NCBI GenBank assembly: GCA_963666275.2
Contig: CAXXOA010000001.1
Location: forward strand, 2,208,001-2,272,000
Length of the DNA: 64,000 nucleotides
Source of the DNA: Oceanispirochaeta sp.
GTDB taxonomy: Bacteria; Spirochaetota; Spirochaetia; DSM-2461
Direction: 5' to 3'
This document shows positions 9,042-17,754 of this stretch, in pieces. A model generated the notes under the pieces. It searched no databases. It had not been told where the DNA came from and saw nothing but the letters and a program-made list of their open reading frames with translations. Numbering within the stretch: position 1 is the first letter of the stretch; each line of letters opens with the position of its first letter. The position numbers and the translations under genes are program-made.

Positions 9042-10927
9042 TGGCCTGGGGATTCAGCACTATACTGGAAGAGTTTAAACAGGATTACTATGACCCTACC
9101 GATCCCATTGACCGGATGGTATACGAGGAAAACCAGAGGAAACAGAACTTCTCCTTCGGGATCGTTACGGATAATCAGGACCCGGACAAACGGGGGCGTA
9201 TCAAAGTTCACTTACCCATGATTGCCAAAGACTACATCAGCAGATGGATCTGGATATTCCGCCCCTACGGGGGAGATAACAAGGGGATCTGGGCCCTGCC
9301 TGATATCGGTGATCAGGTGATGATCGCTTTTATCAGAGGCGATATCCATCACCCCGTCTGCCTCGGTGGAATGTATACTCCGAGGCACAGGCCTCCGATC
9401 AAAGACAATCCGGACAACAATATCAAAGCCATCAAAACCAAAGGCTGTTACCTTCTTATGGACGAGACTCCCGGAGAAGAGCGGATGGAAGCCTCCCTCA
9501 AGGACGGACAGATCCGCGTGGTGATCGATACCAAGGGCGTGCATCTGACCAATGAATTGGGAGGTATCGATATCCAGTGCCGGAAACTGACCATTGCCGG
9601 AGGGGCAGTCCAGTTTCAGACCGAAAAAGACCTGAGCCTCAAGACAGGTGGAAATCTGACCATGGAATCCCAGAGCACCCTGGCCCTCAGCGCTGGCGGA
9701 GAGATTACCATAAAGGGTAGCTCTGTCGACCTGAAAGGCAGCACGGGAGTCACCGCCGAGGGCAAACAGATAGCCAAGGAGAGTGATCCTGTAGCGGGTA
9801 TGGACCTGCACGACATAGAGGTTCCCTCCAGCAAAGGAACCCAAAAAGTCCCGGCTATCCCCCACCCTTATATGGGAAAACTGGTAGATAAACTGAGCGG
9901 CGATGTTTCTGTAGGCGGCAAAGCCGCAGCTACACAGGGCTCGAAAAGTGAATTCGGTGCTCCCGGTCATTTCCCGATGCTCCCGGGAATCAAGTTTTCC
10001 AGCAATCCCGACAATATGGGAGAGGTCACAGGCGGCTGCATCGACAGCGTAAAAATCAATGGCAACCCGGCGGCAGTTTTAGGCAGCACGGTCAGCACCT
10101 GTGACGATGCGGGCCAGAGCGACCACTGTACGGTAGTCGCACCCGGCACGGTAGTCACCTTCCCCATCCAGTACCCCGGGCAGGACCCGGAGCAGTACAA
10201 ACGGGACGGCGGATTGCCGATCAATGTGTCAAACCCTGCAGTGTATACTCCGGAAGATATTGCCTACAGGGATCAGCCCAAGAGCCTGACCGCCCTGCAG
10301 TGGAGTGCCAGCGAGGTCAACAAAGGCGAAGAGGTTACCCTCAGCTGTTCCACCAGCGGAGTGAAAGACGGTGCGGGGGTGATGTTCAGTATCTATCCCG
10401 AAGGGGCGAACACGGAGGTTGATCCGCCTTTGATGGATATCAGGGGCAAAAACAAAGGCAGCCGGGCTGAGGTGAAGTGGATTGCCAAAGACATTCGCAA
10501 ACCCGACGGGGATCAGCCTATGAAGTGGTTCTTTACTGCCTGGACGCTGTATTGTCCGAAAGAAGAGAGCGGTGAGATTCGGGTGCTGAATCCCAGAGTA
10601 ATAGATATGGAGTGGGAGAAAGACGCTGTATTCTGGGGAAATGAAATTAAACTTATTATCAATTCTTTTGAAGCAAGTAATTCGTCTAAAAATTACTCTT
10701 TAGAATTATGGGAGCAGGATATCTCAAATCCCGATGATTTCATTAACAACCAGGAAATTTCGATAACTGATGATTCCTTTGAAATAACCTACACATTAGA
10801 CTTTGATCTATCCCTTGTATCTGATTTTAACAGTGAAAAAGAGTACCAGTTGTACTGCAGAATTCTTGATAAAGAAGGAAATGAACTAAAGACCTCCCCT
10901 ATTTGTGAAATGCATGGAGATTACTAA
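9041..10927 (+). CDS. gp5-like spike fused to a PAAR domain and a C-terminal beta-sandwich extension
   Basis: OB fold (GIVTDNQDPDKRGRIKV, LPDIGDQV), beta repeats, then a PAAR-like region (PHPYMGKL, VSVGGKAAA, VKINGNPAAVLGS.V.TC) and a ~250-aa extension. TGATG coupling to the upstream spike gene. Confidence 0.85.
   Translation: MAWGFSTILEEFKQDYYDPTDPIDRMVYEENQRKQNFSFGIVTDNQDPDKRGRIKVHLPMIAKDYISRWIWIFRPYGGDNKGIWALPDIGDQVMIAFIRGDIHHPVCLGGMYTPRHRPPIKDNPDNNIKAIKTKGCYLLMDETPGEERMEASLKDGQIRVVIDTKGVHLTNELGGIDIQCRKLTIAGGAVQFQTEKDLSLKTGGNLTMESQSTLALSAGGEITIKGSSVDLKGSTGVTAEGKQIAKESDPVAGMDLHDIEVPSSKGTQKVPAIPHPYMGKLVDKLSGDVSVGGKAAATQGSKSEFGAPGHFPMLPGIKFSSNPDNMGEVTGGCIDSVKINGNPAAVLGSTVSTCDDAGQSDHCTVVAPGTVVTFPIQYPGQDPEQYKRDGGLPINVSNPAVYTPEDIAYRDQPKSLTALQWSASEVNKGEEVTLSCSTSGVKDGAGVMFSIYPEGANTEVDPPLMDIRGKNKGSRAEVKWIAKDIRKPDGDQPMKWFFTAWTLYCPKEESGEIRVLNPRVIDMEWEKDAVFWGNEIKLIINSFEASNSSKNYSLELWEQDISNPDDFINNQEISITDDSFEITYTLDFDLSLVSDFNSEKEYQLYCRILDKEGNELKTSPICEMHGDY
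10055..10596 (+). repeat. Direct repeat copy 1 (PAAR end plus first extension domain)
   Basis: High-identity match to 14706-15247, with the same 4651-bp offset at both ends. Confidence 0.95.
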
Positions 10928-10931
10928 GGAT

Positions 10932-12035
10932 ATGCCAATGAAACAGAAGATCCTCATACTCTTATGGCTTATTGCCAATATCAATATTTTTTCAAATGAT
11001 CTCTTCACTCCCAAGATAAATCATGGGGAACTGATAGAACTGAATGTAAACACCATCGCTCAAACTCTGGGTATAAGTGAAGAGGACGTTAAGGCCCATC
11101 CCCCGGAGAAAGAGGGATTCGGTCCCATAGAAAGTTATGGGGAATATCATGAATTCTTTCAGATCCTATCTATGATACCCCGCGGTTTTTTCATACAGGA
11201 TATACCGGAAGAAGGGCTTACTTTCTATCGGGTAATGTATGAGGTGGAACAGCAACATGCCATTACCGATGAAGTACTCTGTTATGAGCGAATATTCTAC
11301 CAGGATAGAGACACGGGGGAAATTATTCTGAGTTATGAAGACTATATGAACTATAAAGCCAGAGGTTGGCAGTTAAGTACACCGGAAATTGAGAAGGGTG
11401 TAATGCTTATTGTCAGAAACGGCAGCTATGACGGTGTTATGGTTTACCGGTTGTGGTATGAGGATGTTTACGAAATGGAAGATCCTCCCCGGTATGAGAC
11501 AAAAAATAGGCATGAAGCTTTTGTATACTTTTTTGGTGATGGAGAAAAAACAGCTGTTCCCGATAACTTTGAAGACCCGGATATCCATATTACCGCATCC
11601 AATCCTCTTATAGACAGGGATGATAGATTCAAATACACCATACAAAACGCTTTCGATCAGAATCCGGCCACCAGTTATGTGGAGGATACGGAGGATGACT
11701 TAATGGAGGTAAGTATTTCTTTTTCTGACGAGTATTACAATGCTTTATTGGATAAGAATATTTCAATTGTATCTAGACGAATTATAAATGGATATGCTCA
11801 GGATGGAAATTTATATCAACTAAACAATCGTATTAAAAAAGAAAAAAGTTATGAGTTAGTAGATAATTTCCTAGATTATCAAATAATGCCAAGAAAATAT
11901 ACTGAACTTGGTGTTGGTTATAGAATAATCGTCAAAGACATATATAAAGGATCAAAATACAACGATACATGTTTAGCAGAATATGATTGGAAAATGAATA
12001 TTGGAGATTGGATTTTTGGAGGTTATGATGAGTAA
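10932..12035 (+). CDS. Exported protein with a C-terminal discoidin/F5-8-like domain; candidate immunity protein
   Basis: Signal peptide MKQKILILLWLIANINIFS; NAFDQNPATSYVE...INGY...NNRIK...KGSKYNDTCLAE pattern; 8-nt overlap with the effector gene. The immunity role is inferred. Confidence 0.7.
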   Translation: MPMKQKILILLWLIANINIFSNDLFTPKINHGELIELNVNTIAQTLGISEEDVKAHPPEKEGFGPIESYGEYHEFFQILSMIPRGFFIQDIPEEGLTFYRVMYEVEQQHAITDEVLCYERIFYQDRDTGEIILSYEDYMNYKARGWQLSTPEIEKGVMLIVRNGSYDGVMVYRLWYEDVYEMEDPPRYETKNRHEAFVYFFGDGEKTAVPDNFEDPDIHITASNPLIDRDDRFKYTIQNAFDQNPATSYVEDTEDDLMEVSISFSDEYYNALLDKNISIVSRRIINGYAQDGNLYQLNNRIKKEKSYELVDNFLDYQIMPRKYTELGVGYRIIVKDIYKGSKYNDTCLAEYDWKMNIGDWIFGGYDE

Positions 12036-14460
12036 AGCTCATATCCGGAATCTACCTATCCCTTATTTTTCTCAGAGAGAAAATATGTATGAATGGAAAG
12101 AGAGAGAACCAAAGGAAATTTGGAGTGATGAACAGGAGAAAGACATCCCAAATCCAAATGCTGGTAATGTAATTTACTGGACAGCTGAGGATGAAGTAGC
12201 TAATGCAAACCATAAAGAAGGAACACCTAAAAAAACAGAGACCATGTCCCTTTGCAGTTGTAACATAACCTGTCTGGCAATGCTGCTTCAATACTGCGGA
12301 ATAACCGATGATACTCCTGACGATATAATGGAAAAAATCTTCTCCGCAGCTACGGATGAAGATAATGATGAATTAAGGGCTATCAAGGAAGAGAATTATT
12401 CACATGGGCCATCGAATGTATTAAGCATAAGATCCCACAAACGAATTGTAAAAGCCTTATATAATATCGATACGGTTGATTTAGGTTACTCCAGCAACCT
12501 GGAATACCTTAAGGAAACAGTGGCCAGCGGTTTTCCTGTCATGATTAGTTGTGGAATTCTTAGACGTCACACAGAATCATTCTACCAAAGCATTATTGAT
12601 GGAGCAAGTAACGCTCATCTATACTCATACTCCCATGATGGAATAAGAAATGTTCATGATGATTTACTCTCAATTTACAGGAACAATTATGGGACCAGCT
12701 ATGAGGAAGATCTTTCTGAAGCTCTGGAAGAATTAGAAGCTGCATCTACAGATGAAGAAATAAACACTGCCAATCAGAAAATTGAAACGATTGAGAATCA
12801 GCAGGAACAAGTAAAAGAAGAAGTTCTTCAGTACTGTCTTGATGATTATAGAACACACGGTCATTATATCGTTGTAAGAGGATTTACCGAGGATTCTGTC
12901 ATAATCAACGATCCATGGGGTGATCCAACAGATTTCAATGGCAATTTTCCCAGCGATGGGAAGGGAAATTACTACAACAGTTCCCCCTTTGGAGATAATA
13001 TTACCATTTCCCTTGAGGACTTTGAAAAACAGTATAATGCAGACGGTACTCTTTGGTCGTCCTTAGTAATTAGACATAATCTGTGGAACTTCGTATTTGC
13101 TTCAAATACGGATAGAAGAGTCGTCCCTCCGCAAACTCTTCTTAATGGTTTTTATGAGCAAGAAATCTATGAGTACGGGGGTTACCCCATGAAAAGGAGT
13201 AATCTCTGGCATAATGGGATTCACCTGAAAGCCGACAACATAAGAGGAGTCTATCCTATCGGTCCTGGTCAAATCATCGCCGCAAGGATTCTGGATGAAG
13301 ACTTAAGCAACCCGGACAATAATCCTGCTCCAATTAATGGTAATAGATGTTTTGTTCTGATAAAACATAATTTAAATATCAACAGTGAAATCAAATCTTT
13401 CTTTTCACTATATATGCATTTAAAACCTGAAGAAAATCTGGAATCGAAAATATCAAACTATCCGGTACAACCCCTGCAAGCGGATTGGTTGGAGGAGATA
13501 ATCTTTCGTTCTAAAAAAGTCATGAAAGTAAAAGATAGTAGGACTCCCTCCATCTTCAGTGTTGAAGATGATAGAAATCTTGGCTCATTTACAGCAGGAA
13601 CATTATTCCCCTATGAGAGCTGTGATGATCAAAAAATCTACTTCAATTTTGAAATATCTGGACAAACAAGAGAATGCTACTCCTTTATGACAGATGATTT
13701 CTATATTTATCCAAGTGCCTATAAAAGCAATTCAGAAGAGATTATGGATAAATATCAAAGTGTTCTTGATTCATTAGCCCAGGGCAGAACAACATATTTC
13801 ACAGAACTGCCTGATCCTGTAATAGAAGTGACCGCGTCCACATGTATCGGAAAAACTGGAGTCTTTGGTGGTTATAATGCAGAAAATAGAGGAATGATTC
13901 ACCTTGAAATATTCAGCGACGATATTATTATACCTCAATTTGATGAATATGGGTTTAATCCAGAGCCTATCTATCTTGAGGATTCACCTACTGCAATGTG
14001 TAACAGAGAAGAAATGATAGGTCTTTTTGATAAATTTGGCTTATACAACACCATTGCAGAAGGATCACGATTTATCCATCTACAGGATGGAATCATTTCT
14101 AAAGCGGAAATGCAGGCGTATTATAATCAGAAGCCGGCAATTCTGAGAAATATGATTTGCCAACATAAAAGTGAATGGTATGAAGGAATCAATTGGGAAG
14201 ATGAGTTAGCGAATGCGGTGGGAGTCCCTTTTGGTATTCCTTTAATCCATAATGTATTGGAAGACAAATTAATAGAAAACCTGCAGGAGTATATTAACAG
14301 AATTTATAACCCCTACAAATGGCTGAATGATGGAGATTGTTTGAATGCCATGAATCTGGAATCCTCTGATAATCTAGCAAACGGGTGTGCCACATACTAT
14401 CACCCTATAAAATTCCTTGAATGGCTTGTGGAATATCAGAACCAAGTTATTACAGATTAG
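12028..14460 (+). CDS. Candidate CIS effector: N-terminal C39-like cysteine peptidase plus WHIX-like (degenerate M23-like) region
   Basis: LPIPYFSQ, SCNITCLAM (Cys), GHYIVVRG (His), INDPWG (Asp); then GGYP....LWHNGIH, FFSLYMHL, IHLEIF and YYHPIKFLEWL. No signal peptide; AT-rich. Confidence 0.75.
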   Translation: MSKAHIRNLPIPYFSQRENMYEWKEREPKEIWSDEQEKDIPNPNAGNVIYWTAEDEVANANHKEGTPKKTETMSLCSCNITCLAMLLQYCGITDDTPDDIMEKIFSAATDEDNDELRAIKEENYSHGPSNVLSIRSHKRIVKALYNIDTVDLGYSSNLEYLKETVASGFPVMISCGILRRHTESFYQSIIDGASNAHLYSYSHDGIRNVHDDLLSIYRNNYGTSYEEDLSEALEELEAASTDEEINTANQKIETIENQQEQVKEEVLQYCLDDYRTHGHYIVVRGFTEDSVIINDPWGDPTDFNGNFPSDGKGNYYNSSPFGDNITISLEDFEKQYNADGTLWSSLVIRHNLWNFVFASNTDRRVVPPQTLLNGFYEQEIYEYGGYPMKRSNLWHNGIHLKADNIRGVYPIGPGQIIAARILDEDLSNPDNNPAPINGNRCFVLIKHNLNINSEIKSFFSLYMHLKPEENLESKISNYPVQPLQADWLEEIIFRSKKVMKVKDSRTPSIFSVEDDRNLGSFTAGTLFPYESCDDQKIYFNFEISGQTRECYSFMTDDFYIYPSAYKSNSEEIMDKYQSVLDSLAQGRTTYFTELPDPVIEVTASTCIGKTGVFGGYNAENRGMIHLEIFSDDIIIPQFDEYGFNPEPIYLEDSPTAMCNREEMIGLFDKFGLYNTIAEGSRFIHLQDGIISKAEMQAYYNQKPAILRNMICQHKSEWYEGINWEDELANAVGVPFGIPLIHNVLEDKLIENLQEYINRIYNPYKWLNDGDCLNAMNLESSDNLANGCATYYHPIKFLEWLVEYQNQVITD

Positions 14461-14560
14461 GCCAAAACATTCCCATAGCCTGTTCCGGCGGCATGGGAAA
14501 TCCTGGAGAAAGGAGAAATTCTCCGGGTTAAGTATTGGAGGCGCCGCAGGGTCTGCCCCG

Positions 14561-14612
14561 GGACTGGTCGAAAGCAAGCTTTATGCTCGCCCATGCAACC
14601 CGGGTAGACGGG
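14561..14612. repeat. 52-nt dispersed non-coding element, copy A
   Basis: 40/52 ungapped identity (hand count) to 27561-27612. Confidence 0.7.
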
Positions 14613-14672
14613 ACCGTCTCAAAGCCTGACCCCGCCGCAGGCGGGGAAACTCCCTAAAATCAGAGGATCAGC

Positions 14673-15593
14673 ATGATTACTGGCAGCAACATCAAAGCCA
14701 TCAATATCAATGGCAACCCGGCGGCAGTTTTAGGAAGTACTGTCAGCACCTGTGACGATGCGGGCCAGAGCGACCACTGTACGGTAGTCGCACCCGGCAC
14801 GGTAATCACCTTCCCCATCCAGTACCCCGGGCAGGACCAGGAGCAGTACAAACGGGACGGCGGTTTGCCCATCAATGTGTCAAACCCTGCGGTGTATACT
14901 CCGGAAGATATTGCCTACAGGGATCAGCCCAAGAGCCTGACCGCCCTGCAGTGGAGTGCCAGCGAGGTCAACAAGGGAGATGAAGTCACCCTGAGCTGTT
15001 CCACCAGCGGTGTAAGAGAGGGCGCGGGAGTGATGTTCAGTATCTATCCCGAGGGGGCGGATACGGCAACAGATCCCCCTTTGATGGATATCAGGGGAAA
15101 AAACAAAGGCAGCCGGGCTGAGGTGAAGTGGATTGCCAAAGACATTCGCAAACCCGACGGGGATCAGCCTATGAAGTGGTTTTTTACCGCCTGGACGCTG
15201 TATTGTCAGAAAGAAGAGAGCGGAGTTATACAGGTGTTGAATCCCAGGATAACAGATGTGTCATGGAAAAAGAAATCCTGTTTTCTGGGAGAGAAAGCGG
15301 AACTCACTATTAAGAGTTTTGAGATGAGTAATAAATCTCCTACAATCTCTATTGAACTTTGGGAAGAAGATGAGAATAGTCCTGATGATTTTGTACTTAC
15401 ACAGGAAGAAAAAATCGACTCTGACGAAATCTCAGTAACCATACCCTTTGATTTTTCACAGGAAGAACTGGAAAGACTCTCCGATTTTGATATGGACACG
15501 GAAGGTGATCTTGAAATATTTCCTGTTCTGAAATACCAGGATGAGAAACTGGACACGAAACCCGGAATAGTACGAATAAAGACAGGAGCCTGA
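14673..15593 (+). CDS. Orphan, 5'-truncated spike/PAAR C-terminal module with an alternative terminal domain
   Basis: Near-identical to the C-terminal part of 9041-10927 up to VLNPR, then divergent. It lacks the OB fold, the beta-helix and most of PAAR. Confidence 0.85.
   Translation: MITGSNIKAININGNPAAVLGSTVSTCDDAGQSDHCTVVAPGTVITFPIQYPGQDQEQYKRDGGLPINVSNPAVYTPEDIAYRDQPKSLTALQWSASEVNKGDEVTLSCSTSGVREGAGVMFSIYPEGADTATDPPLMDIRGKNKGSRAEVKWIAKDIRKPDGDQPMKWFFTAWTLYCQKEESGVIQVLNPRITDVSWKKKSCFLGEKAELTIKSFEMSNKSPTISIELWEEDENSPDDFVLTQEEKIDSDEISVTIPFDFSQEELERLSDFDMDTEGDLEIFPVLKYQDEKLDTKPGIVRIKTGA
14706..15247 (+). repeat. Direct repeat copy 2
   Basis: Matches 10055-10596. Confidence 0.95.
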
Positions 15594-15596
15594 GTT

Positions 15597-16751
15597 TTGA
15601 AAAAGTATTTTTTATTCTTATTACTTATGATCAGCACATACCTGAGCGCTACCACTTTAAACGAGTTTGTTCCCTACAATATGTATGACACGCCCCGGGA
15701 AGAGATAGAAGATTTCTACAACTTTGCCGTTGAGAATAATATTCCTACCGCGGGAATAACCACTCTGGATCAAATGCATGTTCTTGCCAGGGGAGTGAAA
15801 AAGCTCTTCCGTATATATAAGGAAGAGATAGGCGGACATACCTTCTATCACGCTTTCTATACAACAAGGCGTCACGGCCTTGCTCGAGAAAATGACCCCT
15901 ATTTTAGAGATGATATTACTGAGGACGATATAACTTGTGCAAGAATGATTGATCCCTGGGTGGATAATCTTTATGAATTTATGGATGACAAACCCGAGTT
16001 TGGCAAAATTGAAGATAATCCCTATCCAATGATTTACCAGAGGCTTTACCTGGAGACAGGGAATGGATTGAAATATCTGGATGAGGCGGAATATTTTCTT
16101 TCGTTCAACCGTCCGGGTCCCACAACAATTGGAATAGAAATTGGATCCCTGCAACCCTGGTCTCTGGAGGATGAATTTGGTTATTGGTCAGTTCTTTATA
16201 TTAAAAGTAAACAGTTAGGAATGTATGATTCAGTATCCTATGGACAATCTCATAGGGCCAAACGTGTTTACCTTGATGAGGAAGGTGAGAACATAGGACA
16301 GATAGATATTGAAGCCAGCAATCCTCTGATCGATTCCCAAAGACCTTTCCGCTATCTGATTCTCAACGCCTTCGATCAGAATCCGGCCACCAGTTATGTG
16401 GAGGATACAGAAGATGATTTGATGGACTTTGTAGGATTGTATTCAGATTCTTTACAAGTTTATCTACATAATAAAAAAACTGAATTAATAGGATTAAGAT
16501 TAGTTAATGGTTTTGCAAAAAATCAAAGACTATATTTTGAGAATAACATAATTACAAAAATTGGAAGTAATATCCTTAAAAAAACAATAGATTATCAGTT
16601 CATCAAGTATCCAGCACCTCAAATGTCTATTGGGATAGGATTTGGCGCAACAGAAATTAGTAAAGGAACAAAGTTTAATGACACTTGCTTAGCTGAGATT
16701 GATTGGCAACTAACAGATGGATCTTACCTTATAGGAGGTCGGTTTGAATAA
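15597..16751 (+). CDS. Paralogous exported discoidin-domain protein; candidate orphan immunity protein
   Basis: Signal peptide MKKYFLFLLLMISTYLSA; shares ASNPLID, NAFDQNPATSYVEDTEDDLM and NDTCLAE with 10932-12035; N-terminal half divergent. Confidence 0.75.
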   Translation: MKKYFLFLLLMISTYLSATTLNEFVPYNMYDTPREEIEDFYNFAVENNIPTAGITTLDQMHVLARGVKKLFRIYKEEIGGHTFYHAFYTTRRHGLARENDPYFRDDITEDDITCARMIDPWVDNLYEFMDDKPEFGKIEDNPYPMIYQRLYLETGNGLKYLDEAEYFLSFNRPGPTTIGIEIGSLQPWSLEDEFGYWSVLYIKSKQLGMYDSVSYGQSHRAKRVYLDEEGENIGQIDIEASNPLIDSQRPFRYLILNAFDQNPATSYVEDTEDDLMDFVGLYSDSLQVYLHNKKTELIGLRLVNGFAKNQRLYFENNIITKIGSNILKKTIDYQFIKYPAPQMSIGIGFGATEISKGTKFNDTCLAEIDWQLTDGSYLIGGRFE

Positions 16752-17169
16752 TTCTCGTATAAGAAATCTTCCAATTCCTTATTTTTCTCAACGGGAGAAT
16801 CTTTATTCTTGGAAACAAAGAGAGCCAGCATACAAAGGTATTGATGAAGTAACACAATTGCCAATTTCTAATCCCAATAAAGGTAACATCATCCAATGGA
16901 CATCAGAAGATGAAGCTATAGATCCAACCCATAAAGCAGGTACTCCAAAAAATCAAAGATCCCTGGCATATAGCAGCTGCAATATAACCTGTCTCTGTAT
17001 GGTGCTGAATTACCTGGGGATTTCCCATGAAACCCCGACTCAGATGCTTGAAAAAGCCTTTGATGTGAACGACCCCAAAAACACTGATTTTCTCAATCTT
17101 CTTAATGAAAGCGGATTAATCCTGAAACACAGGATTATCATCGGAAATGATATCTTTCACAAAGGTTGA
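16744..17169 (+). pseudogene. Truncated paralog of the C39-like effector
   Basis: IRNLPIPYFSQREN and SCNITCL are retained, but the His/Asp motifs and the WHIX-like region are absent. The frame runs into the antisense 3' end of udk. Confidence 0.8.
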
Positions 17170-17754
17170 AAGCACCTGCAGGGCGTTGGCGTTCATGCCC
17201 CCTTCGGGAATGATGATATCGGCGTAGCGTTTGGTGGGCTCGATAAACTCGAAATGCCCGGGGCGCACCACGTCCATATACTGCTTGATCACCGACTCCT
17301 GGGTTCTGCCCCGTTCGTTCACATCCCGCTGGAGCCGCCGGATAAAACGGATGTCATCGGGGGTATCCACAAAGATTTTAAGATCCATCAGATCCCGGAT
17401 GGGCTTTTCCGCAAAAATCATGATCCCCTCGAAGATAATGACCTTATGGGGTTCCACCCGGATGGTATCGTCCATCCTCCGGTGGTGGACAAAGTCGTAC
17501 TGGGGCATATCGATGGCTTTGCCGTTTTTCAGGTCCTTCAGATGCTGATACATCAGATCCTTGTCAAACGCATTGGGGTGGTCGAAGTTGAAGTCGGTGA
17601 TATTGCTGTTGGTGATAAACTCGGCGGACCGGTAGTAATTGTCCTGGGGAATAAACACAAAGTCCGAAATGCTCTCTGAGATCTTGCGGACAATGGTAGT
17701 TTTGCCCGATCCTGATCCCCCTGTAATGCCAATTAATACCGGTGCCTCTCTCAT
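17116..17754 (-). CDS. udk: Uridine kinase
   Basis: [39 protein letters not shown] and [16 protein letters not shown] motifs. Confidence 0.95.
   Translation of the reverse strand: MREAPVLIGITGGSGSGKTTIVRKISESISDFVFIPQDNYYRSAEFITNSNITDFNFDHPNAFDKDLMYQHLKDLKNGKAIDMPQYDFVHHRRMDDTIRVEPHKVIIFEGIMIFAEKPIRDLMDLKIFVDTPDDIRFIRRLQRDVNERGRTQESVIKQYMDVVRPGHFEFIEPTKRYADIIIPEGGMNANALQVLSTFVKDIISDDNPVFQD

Noticed and set aside
1784..10927. Prophage interpretation of the tail genes
   Set aside because: No capsid, portal, terminase, integrase or replication genes are visible, and the sheath, tube and baseplate motifs are Afp/PVC-type.
14545..14650. HDV-like ribozyme on the minus strand
   Set aside because: Partial P2/P3-like pairing exists, but P1 and L3 do not fit and the second copy lacks the pairing.
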